NCBI RefSeq assembly: GCF_003019035.1
Contig: NZ_CP027447.1
From: Escherichia coli
GTDB taxonomy: Bacteria; Pseudomonadota; Gammaproteobacteria; Enterobacterales; Enterobacteriaceae
Direction: 5' to 3' (one strand)
Length of the DNA stretch: 64,000 nucleotides
Positions within the stretch are counted from its first letter, which is position 1; each line of letters opens with the position of its first letter. The notes beneath the pieces are model-generated. The model made no database searches and was not told where the DNA came from. It saw nothing but the letters and a program-made list of their open reading frames with translations. The position numbers and the translations under genes are program-made. Positions 27,268 through 38,374 of the stretch are shown here, piece by piece.

Positions 27268-28383
27268 TCATATTCTCGCCAAAACACTTTTTAATGCCTT
27301 TGCGAATTCATCCAGACTTATATTGTCAATTTTTTGCCCAACGACGACTGACTCCGAAACATCGGCCATTGCTGGCCATCGCGTTTTGTAATCAGCATAA
27401 ATTGCAACAACGGGGGTATTATAGGCACTTGCCATATGTAATATTGAGGTGTCAGGAGTTATTGCGATATAAGCATCTTTTATGATTGCTGCTGAACGTT
27501 TAATCGAGGGTGATAAGGATAAACGGTAGACATTATTATAACAATCCACTAACACCCTGGCTTTTTCTTCCCCTTTTGGTCCATGAACGATCACTATTGG
27601 TATATCTGTTTCACTTTGAATTTTTTCTATTAGATTTTCTGCAATCGATAATGAAAATGTACGTTCCTGCGAGCTACCTTCTAAATTAAGCGCAATGTAA
27701 GATCCTAACGATCGCATTTCCTCGCGCACCTCATCGAGTACATCCTTACTTAGTGGCAATTCATATATTGGCCTGACTGCTGGAAAACCCGCCTCACGCA
27801 TCATAAATGCCCATGTCATGGGCACAGGAGCCCGGAGATTCTGATCCATCCGGGACGCGCTCTTACACAAAGGGGAATAGCACTTCATGGTTAAACCAAC
27901 AACCTGAAAATTCGTTTTTGCTTTCAACTGACTGATAAATATCATCGTTTTCAGGTTCTTTTTACGCATCGCCTCTATACAAAGATCCGGCGTACCGTAT
28001 TGCTGTGTTATGTTCTTCGCTAAATCTTTTATTTCTTTTAATGTTGCGTGATCCTGCATAGTCATTGTGACTAATGTTAATTTAGTCTGTTCAAGTTTGA
28101 GCGCATTAAAGACTTCTAAATTAATTGTCGACGTAACAATTAAAAGATGCTTAATTTTATGCAATTCAAGCGCCCGAATAACTGGAAAGATGGCCATAGC
28201 ATTGCCAATCTGATCGGGAATATGGATAACAACAAACTCTGTTTTTTCAATATTGAAATTAAAAGCTTTATAATCGTAGTAACTAAATGCAATACGTCTC
28301 AACAATGATGCTAAAAACATAACTAACCCCGCTTCCCTACTGGTTATAATGCAATGCAGTTTATCAGACTCATCAGGGCGCAA
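27268..28383 (-). CDS. yeeL: Glycosyltransferase family 9 (heptosyltransferase-like) protein, intact
   Basis: 371-aa ORF (likely start MFLASLLRR at 28320); GT9-like C-terminal region; convergent with yeeJ. Confidence 0.65.
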   Translation of the reverse strand: MRPDESDKLHCIITSREAGLVMFLASLLRRIAFSYYDYKAFNFNIEKTEFVVIHIPDQIGNAMAIFPVIRALELHKIKHLLIVTSTINLEVFNALKLEQTKLTLVTMTMQDHATLKEIKDLAKNITQQYGTPDLCIEAMRKKNLKTMIFISQLKAKTNFQVVGLTMKCYSPLCKSASRMDQNLRAPVPMTWAFMMREAGFPAVRPIYELPLSKDVLDEVREEMRSLGSYIALNLEGSSQERTFSLSIAENLIEKIQSETDIPIVIVHGPKGEEKARVLVDCYNNVYRLSLSPSIKRSAAIIKDAYIAITPDTSILHMASAYNTPVVAIYADYKTRWPAMADVSESVVVGQKIDNISLDEFAKALKSVLARI

Positions 28384-28634
28384 TTTTGTGCATATGCGGA
28401 CTTTTATGTTTCATATCTCGAATCTGTGGATCCTCTGCTTAATCCTTAAACAACACCAGAAACTCCTGCGCTTTCATCTTCCATCGAATTTTTCATGTTG
28501 CCGTTAATCAGCCATAAAATCATTTGCAGATGCGCTCTGTCGAGGTAGTCTCATAAGGTTCGTTTATAGATCGACGGCAATGTGAGTTACCTTTTCCATA
28601 CTAATTATAAAAAGACAGTACAAACAGGATCATT

Positions 28635-29951
28635 ATGGACTCCACGCTCATCTCCACTCGTCCCGATGAAGGGACGCTTTCGTTAAGTCGCGCCCGACGA
28701 GCTGCGTTAGGCAGTTTCGCTGGTGCCGTCGTCGACTGGTATGATTTTTTACTCTATGGCATTACCGCCGCTCTGGTGTTTAATCGCGAGTTTTTCCCGC
28801 AAGTAAGCCCGGCTATGGGAACGCTCGCTGCATTTGCCACCTTTGGTGTCGGATTCCTGTTCCGTCCGCTCGGCGGTGTCATTTTCGGTCACTTTGGCGA
28901 CCGACTGGGACGTAAGCGCATGTTAATGCTGACCGTCTGGATGATGGGCATCGCGACAGCCTTAATTGGTATTCTTCCTTCATTCTCGACCATTGGGTGG
29001 TGGGCCCCCATTTTACTGGTGACGCTGCGTGCCATTCAGGGATTTGCCGTCGGCGGCGAATGGGGAGGCGCGGCGTTACTTTCCGTTGAAAGTGCACCGA
29101 AAAATAAAAAAGCTTTTTACAGTAGCGGTGTACAAGTTGGCTACGGAGTAGGTTTACTGCTTTCGACCGGACTGGTTTCATTGATCAGTATGATGACGAC
29201 TGACGAACAGTTTTTAAGCTGGGGCTGGCGCATTCCTTTCCTGTTTAGCATCGTACTGGTACTGGGGGCATTGTGGGTGCGTAATGGCATGGAGGAGTCC
29301 GCGGAATTCGAACAACAGCAACATAATCAAGCGGCCGCGAAAAAACGCATTCCGGTTATCGAAGCACTATTACGGCATCCCGGTGCTTTCCTGAAGATTA
29401 TTGCGCTACGACTGTGCGAGTTGCTGACGATGTACATCGTTACCGCCTTCGCACTTAATTATTCAACCCAGAATATGGGGTTACCGCGCGAACTTTTCCT
29501 CAATATTGGTTTGCTGGTAGGTGGATTAAGCTGCCTGACAATTCCCTGTTTTGCCTGGCTTGCCGATCGTTTTGGTCGCCGCAGAGTTTATATCACAGGT
29601 GCGTTAATCGGAACGTTGAGCGCATTTCCTTTCTTTATGGCGCTTGAAGCACAATCTATTTTCTGGATAGTTTTCTTCTCCATAATGCTGGCAAACATTG
29701 CGCATGACATGGTGGTGTGTGTGCAACAACCGATGTTTACCGAAATGTTTGGTGCCAGTTATCGCTATAGTGGCGCTGGAGTCGGATATCAGGTTGCCAG
29801 TGTGGTTGGCGGTGGATTTACACCTTTCATTGCCGCTGCACTTATCACTTACTTTGCCGGGAACTGGCATAGCGTCGCTATTTATTTGCTGGCTGGATGC
29901 CTGATTTCCGCAATGACCGCTTTGTTGATGAAAGACAATCAACGCGCTTAA
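28635..29951 (+). CDS. shiA: Shikimate transporter (MFS)
   Basis: 438-aa 12-TM MFS protein; conserved position upstream of amn. Confidence 0.85.
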   Translation: MDSTLISTRPDEGTLSLSRARRAALGSFAGAVVDWYDFLLYGITAALVFNREFFPQVSPAMGTLAAFATFGVGFLFRPLGGVIFGHFGDRLGRKRMLMLTVWMMGIATALIGILPSFSTIGWWAPILLVTLRAIQGFAVGGEWGGAALLSVESAPKNKKAFYSSGVQVGYGVGLLLSTGLVSLISMMTTDEQFLSWGWRIPFLFSIVLVLGALWVRNGMEESAEFEQQQHNQAAAKKRIPVIEALLRHPGAFLKIIALRLCELLTMYIVTAFALNYSTQNMGLPRELFLNIGLLVGGLSCLTIPCFAWLADRFGRRRVYITGALIGTLSAFPFFMALEAQSIFWIVFFSIMLANIAHDMVVCVQQPMFTEMFGASYRYSGAGVGYQVASVVGGGFTPFIAAALITYFAGNWHSVAIYLLAGCLISAMTALLMKDNQRA

Positions 29952-30052
29952 TAGCCTGGCAAAGATCATCCGATCTTCGCCTTACACTTTTGTTTCACAT
30001 TCCTGTGACATACTATCGGAAGTGCGGTAATTGTATGGAACAGGAGACACAC

Positions 30053-31506
30053 ATGAATAATAAGGGCTCCGGTCTGACCCCAGCTCAGGCACTGGATAAA
30101 CTCGACGCGCTGTATGAGCAATCTGTAGTCGCATTACGCAACGCCATTGGCAAATATATTAGAAGTGGCGAATTACCTGATGAAAACGCCCGCAAACAAG
30201 GTCTTTTTGTCTATCCATCACTGACCGTAACCTGGGACGGTAGCACAACCAATCCCCCAAAACGCGCGCATTTGGTCGTTTTACTCACGCAGGCAGCTAC
30301 ACCACCACGATTACTCGCCCTACTCTCTTTCGTTCGTATCTCAATGAACAACTTACGTTGCTGTATCAGGATTATGGTGCGCATATCTCGGTGCAACCCT
30401 CGCAGCATGAAATCCCTTATCCTTATGTCATCGATGGCTCTGAATTGACACTTGATCGCTCAATGAGCGCTGGGTTAACTCGCTACTTCCCGACAACAGA
30501 ACTGGCGCAAATTGGCGATGAAACTGCAGACGGCATTTATCATCCAACGGAATTCTCCCCGCTATCGCATTTTGATGCGCGCCGCGTCGATTTTTCCCTC
30601 GCGCGGTTGCGCCATTATACCGGTACGCCAGTTGAACATTTTCAGCCGTTCGTCTTGTTTACCAACTACACACGTTATGTGGATGAATTCGTTCGTTGGG
30701 GATGCAGCCAGATCCTCGATCCTGATAGTCCCTACATTGCCCTTTCTTGTGCTGGCGGGAACTGGATCACCGCCGAAACCGAAGCGCCAGAAGAAGCCAT
30801 TTCCGACCTTGCATGGAAAAAACACCAGATGCCCGCATGGCATTTAATTACCGCCGATGGTCAGGGTATTACTCTGGTGAATATTGGCGTGGGACCGTCA
30901 AATGCTAAAACCATCTGCGATCATCTGGCGGTGCTACGCCCGGATGTCTGGTTGATGATTGGTCACTGTGGTGGCTTACGTGAAAGCCAGGCCATTGGAG
31001 ATTATGTACTTGCACACGCTTATTTACGCGATGACCACGTTCTTGATGCGGTACTGCCGCCCGATATTCCTATTCCGAGCATTGCTGAAGTGCAACGTGC
31101 GCTTTATGACGCTACCAAGTTAGTCAGCGGCAGGCCCGGCGAGGAAGTTAAACAGCGGCTACGTACTGGCACTGTGGTAACCACAGATGACAGGAACTGG
31201 GAATTACGTTACTCAGCTTCTGCACTTCGTTTTAACTTAAGCCGGGCCGTAGCAATTGATATGGAAAGTGCAACCATTGCCGCGCAAGGATATCGTTTCC
31301 GCGTGCCATACGGGACACTACTGTGTGTTTCAGATAAACCATTACATGGTGAGATTAAACTTCCCGGTCAGGCTAACCGTTTTTATGAAGGCGCTATTTC
31401 CGAACACCTGCAAATTGGCATTCGGGCGATCGATTTGCTGCGCGCAGAAGGCGACCGACTGCATTCACGGAAATTACGAACCTTTAATGAACCGCCGTTC
31501 CGGTAA
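30053..31506 (+). pseudogene. amn: AMP nucleosidase gene interrupted by a -1 frameshift in a C5A4 homopolymer
   Basis: N-terminus MNNKGSGLTPAQ in frame A; the rest in frame B (ORF 30358..31506); total 1454 nt, one short of 485 codons; frame B stop at 30241..30243 localises the shift to 30254..30262. Confidence 0.75.
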
Positions 31507-31847
31507 TAAGTTCTGTTCCTTTTTATCAGGAATAGATGTGAAGGATTTAGTAAGTCATCCAGCAAATAGCCTGCAATAAAGCAGGCTGTTTGCTTCCTTG
31601 GGCAGATGCGAGTTTTATTATAGCCTTAATGATTTCCATATATTAAAAGCAAGTATGCTTTCAAAACACAATTATAAAAAAATCCGCCAACAACATTAGT
31701 TTTTATGAGATTAAATATAAGATTATGGATTTAGAATATTTTTATTTCTAATAGACGAGATTTTTCCTGTTATGATATAATATGCCGAATTAACGCATGT
31801 TAACGATTTACCAGTAATGTAAATAAATTTTCGAGGAGATCATTCCA

Positions 31848-32564
31848 GTGGGACGTAAATGGGCCAATATTGTTGCTAAAAAAACGGCTAAAGACGGTGC
31901 AACGTCTAAAATTTATGCAAAATTCGGTGTAGAAATCTATGCTGCTGCTAAACAAGGTGAACCCGATCCAGAATTAAACACATCTTTAAAATTCGTTATT
32001 GAACGAGCAAAGCAGGCACAAGTTCCAAAGCATGTTATTGATAAAGCAATTGATAAAGCCAAAGGCGGCGGAGATGAAACGTTCGTGCAGGGCCGTTATG
32101 AAGGCTTTGGTCCTAATGGCTCAATGATTATCGCCGAGACCTTGACTTCAAATGTTAACCGTACGATTGCTAACGTTCGCACAATTTTCAATAAAAAAGG
32201 CGGCAATATCGGAGCGGCAGGTTCTGTCAGCTATATGTTTGACAATACGGGTGTGATTGTATTTAAAGGAACAGACCCTGACCATATTTTTGAAATTTTA
32301 CTTGAAGCTGAAGTTGATGTTCGTGATGTGACTGAAGAAGAAGGTAACATTGTTATTTATACCGAACCTACTGACCTTCATAAAGGAATCGCGGCTCTAA
32401 AAGCAGCTGGAATCACTGAGTTCTCAACAACAGAATTAGAAATGATTGCTCAATCTGAAGTTGAGCTTTCCCCAGAAGATTTAGAAATCTTTGAAGGGCT
32501 TGTTGATGCCCTTGAAGATGACGACGATGTACAAAAAGTTTATCATAACGTCGCAAATCTCTAA
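31848..32564 (+). CDS. yeeN: YebC/PmpR-family transcriptional regulator
   Basis: 238-aa ORF, GTG start; characteristic YebC-family sequence. Confidence 0.85.
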
Positions 32565-32574
32565 TTATATTTTA

Positions 32575-32605
32575 AAGAAATCTGTCTTTATGGCAGATTT
32601 CTTTA
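32575..32605 (+). terminator. Terminator after yeeN
   Basis: aaagaaatctg / cagatttcttt stem. Confidence 0.5.
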
Positions 32606-33014
32606 ATCTCATATGATTATTATAAAAATATAATGTTCAACTCGTCATATTGATTATAAAAAACCCCCATTCCCAGAGAAATAATATTTATTAAAATTCC
32701 AGTTCTTCTTTTTCTGATTACAGAAGGAAAAGTGGCAATTACGCATAGTTTCCCGATAAAGACGCGATAGCGACATCCCGCATAAGGCATTTTTTCTTTA
32801 TCTTTGTACGGTACTTCACGGAACGAAGTTTTTGACCCTGCGAATCGTGATGTCTGTTGGGGGGGCAATTTGCTCAATGAAGCATGAGACTCGATTAAGC
32901 GCACGAAACACAGAAATCAAAAAACCCGGTCACTTTTTACAAGGTAACCGGGTAAAAATATTTTTTATTTTTTAACTGTCTTGAGACTCATAGAGATGTC
33001 TCAAGACTAAAATT

Positions 33015-33090
33015 TGGCTCCTCTGACTGGACTCGAACCAGTGACATACGGATTAACAGTCCGCCGTTCTACCGACTGAACTACAGAGGA
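33015..33090 (-). tRNA. asnW: tRNA-Asn (GUU)
   Basis: Exact reverse complement of the asnT sequence; no island attached. Confidence 0.95.
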
Positions 33091-33190
33091 ATCGTGAGAA
33101 CGAGGCGAATATTAGCGACGCTCATCCACAATGTCAAAGCCTGTTTTTTAAATTTGAAATCGTTTGCTGAAATAATCTGCACTTTGTCGT

Positions 33191-34678
33191 TTATTCCGAC
33201 ACAACTGGCTTTTTTTCACACTTTTGCGGCTCAGGTCGAGGATATTTCCACAGCCAACGTCCAGTAACCATTCGCCAGTAAAACAGCACGGCCCGCACAG
33301 CCCAGTCGGCAAACATTCCCAACCAGACACCAACCACACCCCAGCCAAGCATGATTCCCAGCACATAACCGACTACAACCCGGCAACCCCACATGCTCAA
33401 CATAGAAACCCACATGGCGTAACGGGCATCACGAGCACCTTTAAATCCAGCGGGTAGCACCCATGAGGCGGACCAAATAGGCATAAATAAAGCATTTAGC
33501 CAAATCAGAATCACAACGACATGTTTAACCTGTGGATCCTGGGTGTAAAACGATGCCATAACCCCGGCAAAGGGAGCCGTTAGCCAGGCGATGGCCGTTA
33601 ATCCAAGAGTGGACAGCCAGAACACATGCCGCAACTGAATCTCTGCTTGCGCTATCTGCCCTACCCCCAACCTTCGGCCTGTAATGATCGTAGAAGCAGA
33701 GCCGAGCGCACTTCCGGGTAAGTTGATAAGAGCCGCAATTGAAAACGCGATAAAATTTCCGGCAATAACGCTGGTCCCCATCCCGGCAACGAACATTTGG
33801 GTTAATAACCGACCACTGGTAAATAACACTGATTCGACACTCGCTGGAATACCAATCCCCATGACTTCCCAGATAATGCTAAAATTCAGCGGTTTAAAAT
33901 AGCTCTTTAACGAAATCCTTAGCGCAGGATTAAAACCAATCGCCAGCACCCACAAAATTGCCACTGCGCCAATATAACGAGAAATGGTTAAACCCAACCC
34001 AGCCCCGACAAATCCCAGTCCCGGCCAGGAGAAAAGGCCGTAAATCAATATGCCGCTAATAATAATATTAAGAATATTCAGGCTACCGTTAATCAGTAGC
34101 GGTATTTTCGTATTCCCTGCACCACGAAGTGCCCCGCTACCAATCAAAGTGATGGCAGCTGCTGGATAACTGAGTACCGTCAGCTCCAGATAAGTCAACG
34201 CCAGTGCTTTAACTTCTGTCGTGGCATCACCCGCGACGAAATCAATAATTTGTTCGCCAAAATGATGAATAAGCGTTGCCAACAGTACGGCAAACAACGT
34301 CATGATCACCAATGACTGCCGCGTCGCCACCCTCGCTCGTCGTCGATCCCGCTTACCGAGACTAAATGCCACAACGACAGTAGTACCAAGATCGATAGCA
34401 GCAAAAAAAGCCATAATGACCATATTGAAGCTGTCCGCCAATCCCACGCCGGCCATCGCATCTTTTCCCAGCCAGCTGACCAGAAAAGTGCTCAGGACAC
34501 CCATCAACAGGACACAGGCGTTCTCCATGAAGATAGGAACAGCAAGCGGGGTTATCTCGCGCCAGAACAACACTTTGTAACTCTTGCGTTTGGCGTGCCA
34601 GCGAGTACCGTGAACAACCTGGCGTAAAGCAGAGGAGATATTCAAAGCCGACCTTAATTGCAGAAAGTGAAACCACAT
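33191..34678 (-). CDS. yeeO: MATE-family efflux transporter
   Basis: Polytopic membrane protein; likely start MWFHF (495 aa) inside the 546-aa track ORF. Confidence 0.8.
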   Translation of the reverse strand: MWFHFLQLRSALNISSALRQVVHGTRWHAKRKSYKVLFWREITPLAVPIFMENACVLLMGVLSTFLVSWLGKDAMAGVGLADSFNMVIMAFFAAIDLGTTVVVAFSLGKRDRRRARVATRQSLVIMTLFAVLLATLIHHFGEQIIDFVAGDATTEVKALALTYLELTVLSYPAAAITLIGSGALRGAGNTKIPLLINGSLNILNIIISGILIYGLFSWPGLGFVGAGLGLTISRYIGAVAILWVLAIGFNPALRISLKSYFKPLNFSIIWEVMGIGIPASVESVLFTSGRLLTQMFVAGMGTSVIAGNFIAFSIAALINLPGSALGSASTIITGRRLGVGQIAQAEIQLRHVFWLSTLGLTAIAWLTAPFAGVMASFYTQDPQVKHVVVILIWLNALFMPIWSASWVLPAGFKGARDARYAMWVSMLSMWGCRVVVGYVLGIMLGWGVVGVWLGMFADWAVRAVLFYWRMVTGRWLWKYPRPEPQKCEKKPVVSE

Positions 34679-34838
34679 TTCAAATGATGAGGGAGAATTA
34701 GCAAAGCTGCAAAGATTTTCGCCAACAAATTGTCTGCAAATGCAACAAACTGTTGATAGAAACGGCAAACAGTTGGTAAATTTAAAAATCGGGTTTGACA
34801 AAAGATTTTTCGCCGTTAAGATGTGCCTCAACAGCGAT

Positions 34839-34914
34839 TCCTCTGTAGTTCAGTCGGTAGAACGGCGGACTGTTAATCCGTATGTCACTGGTTCGAGTCC
34901 AGTCAGAGGAGCCA
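34839..34914 (+). tRNA. asnU: tRNA-Asn (GUU)
   Basis: Identical 76-nt sequence; followed by terminator hairpin aagcccgc / gcgggctt and T-run. Confidence 0.95.
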
Positions 34915-34951
34915 GATTTCTGAAAAGCCCGCTTTTATAGCGGGCTTTTTG

Positions 34952-35902
34952 CTATATCTGATAATCAATTTCCTCTTCACTGTTCTCCATCACCTGGCGC
35001 TTGATATCCTCAACTGACAGTCCTGCATTACAAAGTTCCAGAAAGCGCCAGACATAGTTACGTTGAAGTTGCCCTCGCTTCAGTCCCATCCAGACAGTAT
35101 TAGCATCGAAAAGATGCCTCGTATCCAGACGGATTAAATTCTTTTCCTCTTGTTCACCACTGGATTGTTCGGCAACTAATCCGATCCCCAGCCCAAGAGC
35201 AACATAGGTTTTAATGACATCAGAATCCTGCGCACTTAATACAATATCTGCCAGCAAACCTTTGCGGACAAATGCGTCATCAATACGTGAGCGCCCCGTA
35301 ATCCCCTGTCGGTAAGTGATTAACGGCCACTTCGCTATTGATTCCAGCGTCAACGGTGTAATTTGCGTCAAGGGATGATCGAGTGGAACAAGCAAACTAT
35401 GGTGCCAGCGAAACCACGGGAAGGCGGCGAGCTGCGGGTCATTACTCAAACGCTCGCTGGCGATACCAATATCAGCTTCGCCATTTTGCAACAACGTCGC
35501 AATTTCCTGTGGTGTACCCTGGATTAGCTCCAGCCGAACCTCCGGGAAAAGTTCGCGAAAAGCTTTAATGACCTCAGGCAAGCTATAACGTGCCTGAGTA
35601 TGCGTCGTTGCAATAGTGAGAACGCCAGACGTATCGTTGGTAAACAGGTCTGCAAGCCGACGAACATTACTGGCTTCATTAAGAATGCGTTCTGCAATGA
35701 CCAGTAATGCTTTGCCCGGTTCAGTCATGCCCAGCAGTCGCTTACCTCGTCGAACAAATATTTCGATGCCAAGTTCATCCTCCAGTTCCCGAATATGACG
35801 GCTGACGCCTGACTGTGAGGTAAAAAGCATATTCGCAACCTCTGTCAGGTTGTAATCCTGACGTGCAGCCTCGCGGATTATCTTTAGTTGTTGGAAATTC
35901 AC
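34952..35902 (-). CDS. cbl: LysR-type regulator Cbl (CysB-like)
   Basis: 316 aa; N-terminal LysR HTH; adjacent to nac. Confidence 0.9.
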   Translation of the reverse strand: MNFQQLKIIREAARQDYNLTEVANMLFTSQSGVSRHIRELEDELGIEIFVRRGKRLLGMTEPGKALLVIAERILNEASNVRRLADLFTNDTSGVLTIATTHTQARYSLPEVIKAFRELFPEVRLELIQGTPQEIATLLQNGEADIGIASERLSNDPQLAAFPWFRWHHSLLVPLDHPLTQITPLTLESIAKWPLITYRQGITGRSRIDDAFVRKGLLADIVLSAQDSDVIKTYVALGLGIGLVAEQSSGEQEEKNLIRLDTRHLFDANTVWMGLKRGQLQRNYVWRFLELCNAGLSVEDIKRQVMENSEEEIDYQI

Positions 35903-36003
35903 GGTAAACTCCGGGCAGTTCAGATTTCCCGTTATTGTTAAAGTCTAATGCCCGGCATAACAAATAATAAAAACCCGCATCTTATTCCATCCCGATATAA
36001 CGC

Positions 36004-36921
36004 TTAGCTCACCAATTGCCACTGCCTTTTTTCCATCACTGGAGAATTAATCACTGACATTAACAACTCTTTCACTGCCTGTGCCTGTGGCGATAAGTTC
36101 GCTCTGGCGGGTAAATTTAATGACAAAGAGAGACTCATGGAAGGAGTGGTAATGCGTGACATCCACCCATTTACTGCGCCACATAACGAACGCGCGGCCG
36201 ATTCGGGTAATACTGCAACGCCCATGCCGCTGGCAATCGCTGCGGTAAGCGTGGCAATAGACTCAATTTCACCAATGACTTTTGCCGTGAGCCGCCGTAG
36301 GGAAAAAGCCTCATCAACACGAAGTCTAACAGCACTGTAATCACTGGGGAGAAAGAGGTTCATTTGCGCAATAGCATTAACATCAACGCTTTGCCCCGGG
36401 CAATCTTGAGTTCCTACCAGGAAAAGATCTTCTTTCAGCAAAGCCTGGCTGGATACACCAGCCACAGGGGAATGCTCATAAATCACCGCCATATCGAGTT
36501 GATGATTTATCAGTTTTTCGTTAAGTACTGCACCGCTATTTTCATGAAGATAGATAACGACCTCCGGGAATTCAGCGCGAACCGCCTGTAATAAGGGCAT
36601 GGTGATGGATGACGCAGCGGTTCCTGGCGCAAAGCCAATCGAGACTTGCCCCGATAATGCCTGACCAACGTTATGCACCGCCAGTTGGGCCTGCTCACAC
36701 TGACGTAAAATGGCCCGCGCATGGGTATAGAGAATTTTTCCGGCGTCAGTTGGCGTAACACCCCGTTTTGTGCGAATCAAAAGTTGTTGATTTAACTCAC
36801 CTTCCAGTGTGGCAACCTGCTGACTGAGCGCTGGTTGTGCGATATGCAATACTTCAGCAGCCTGGGTCAGGCTACCAATATCTACAATTTTTACGAAGTA
36901 TTTCAGGCGTCTGAAGTTCAT
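36004..36921 (-). CDS. nac: Nitrogen assimilation control protein (LysR family)
   Basis: 305 aa from MNFRRLKYFVKIVDIGSLTQAAEVLHIAQPALSQQ... Confidence 0.9.
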   Translation of the reverse strand: MNFRRLKYFVKIVDIGSLTQAAEVLHIAQPALSQQVATLEGELNQQLLIRTKRGVTPTDAGKILYTHARAILRQCEQAQLAVHNVGQALSGQVSIGFAPGTAASSITMPLLQAVRAEFPEVVIYLHENSGAVLNEKLINHQLDMAVIYEHSPVAGVSSQALLKEDLFLVGTQDCPGQSVDVNAIAQMNLFLPSDYSAVRLRVDEAFSLRRLTAKVIGEIESIATLTAAIASGMGVAVLPESAARSLCGAVNGWMSRITTPSMSLSLSLNLPARANLSPQAQAVKELLMSVINSPVMEKRQWQLVS

Positions 36922-37246
36922 GTTGCCTCCGGTTTTTAAGAATCGGCCCAAGTGCCGCCATTACTTACAACCAGATTGCAAGATGCTTGCCAGTTTTATT
37001 GTGGCGTTGATGTACAAGCTAACCAACTGTCAAATAAGAGATTATGATAGATTCGTCATTGGTTCTTTTTATCAGCAGTCGCGTTCCCCTGCCCCATAAA
37101 AGGAGGGTATGCACCACGATGGTTCATTACCAATAAGATTGAAATCTCACCGCTTTGTTGAAATAGACAGCAAACAAACAAAAAAATGCATTTCACCCTT
37201 TGACATCACCATGTACTGCCATTAATATGCGCCCCGTTCACACGAT

Positions 37247-37322
37247 TCCTCTGTAGTTCAGTCGGTAGAACGGCGGACTGTTAATCCGTATGTCACTGGT
37301 TCGAGTCCAGTCAGAGGAGCCA
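37247..37322 (+). tRNA. asnV: tRNA-Asn (GUU)
   Basis: Identical 76-nt sequence; upstream leader identical to asnT; terminator hairpin follows. Confidence 0.95.
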
Positions 37323-37377
37323 GATTCAAAAAAGCCTGCTTTCTAGCAGGCTTTTTGCTTTCTAATTACCAACGCTC

Positions 37378-38313
37378 TTAAAACATCTGTCTTGAACCAG
37401 AACTAATTTGCACAGGCATTCCCGATCGACGTTGCAACGCAGCATTTGCGCGATTCACATCAACTTCTTGCCCGTTGATAAACGCCCGCAAAGATGGGGT
37501 TACCGGCAATGGCACTTTTCGGTCAGACTCATATTCTGCACGATTGCGCGACAGCGGCTCATGAACTTCCAGCCACTTTGATCCATCCGGTTCCGTTGTG
37601 TATTTCACTGGCTGATCAATAATTTGTACACGAGTACCTACAGGAACATTATCAAACAGATATTTGATATCGTCATTGCGCAGACGAATACAGCCCTGAC
37701 TTACCCGGAGCCCAATACCAAAATTGGCATTGGTACCGTGGATGGCATATAGCCTGCCAATATAAATCGCATACAGCCCCATGGGATTATCAGGCCCCGC
37801 AGGAACAAATGCGGGCAAACTCTCCCCTCGTTTCGCATATTCGCGCCGAGTGTTCGGCGTTGGCGTCCAGGTTGGAGCTTCTTGTTTACGTTCAACGGTA
37901 GTCACCCAGTTACGCGGGGTTTCTCGCCCAGCCTGACCGATACCTATAGGAAAGACTTCCACAGTATTACTGTCTGGTGGGTAGTAATAAAGACGCATCT
38001 CAGCGACGTTAACCACAATCCCTTTACGAACAGTGGCGGGCAAAATCAGTTGCTGCGGAATGGTGAGTTGCGAACCTGACTTCGGCAAGAAAACATCAGC
38101 GCCCGGATTCGCTTCCAGCATGTTACTTAACCCTTGCCCGTATTGTGCGGCAAAAGTCTCCAGCGGCTGGGTATTGTGATCAGGAACAGTTACAGTAAGT
38201 GACTGCCCCACTAAACGGCTACCCTCTGGAGGTAATGGATAAGTTACCGCCAGGCTAGTATGGCTGGCAAAAAGCAGAGCAAATGAGCAAAGAATATTTA
38301 CACGACGCATCAT
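37378..38313 (-). CDS. ldtA: L,D-transpeptidase (YkuD domain)
   Basis: 311 aa with signal peptide; YkuD-like catalytic region (…[13 protein letters not shown]…). Confidence 0.85.
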   Translation of the reverse strand: MMRRVNILCSFALLFASHTSLAVTYPLPPEGSRLVGQSLTVTVPDHNTQPLETFAAQYGQGLSNMLEANPGADVFLPKSGSQLTIPQQLILPATVRKGIVVNVAEMRLYYYPPDSNTVEVFPIGIGQAGRETPRNWVTTVERKQEAPTWTPTPNTRREYAKRGESLPAFVPAGPDNPMGLYAIYIGRLYAIHGTNANFGIGLRVSQGCIRLRNDDIKYLFDNVPVGTRVQIIDQPVKYTTEPDGSKWLEVHEPLSRNRAEYESDRKVPLPVTPSLRAFINGQEVDVNRANAALQRRSGMPVQISSGSRQMF

Positions 38314-38374
38314 GTCCCTTTCCTAAGTCGCGAAAGCTATCCGTTAAGTATAGCTTTTATCAGACTTTTCGTTT

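Noticed and set aside
32620-32904. 94-aa minus-strand ORF between yeeN and asnW
   Set aside because: AT-rich intergenic region with terminator hairpins; no RBS; likely non-coding.
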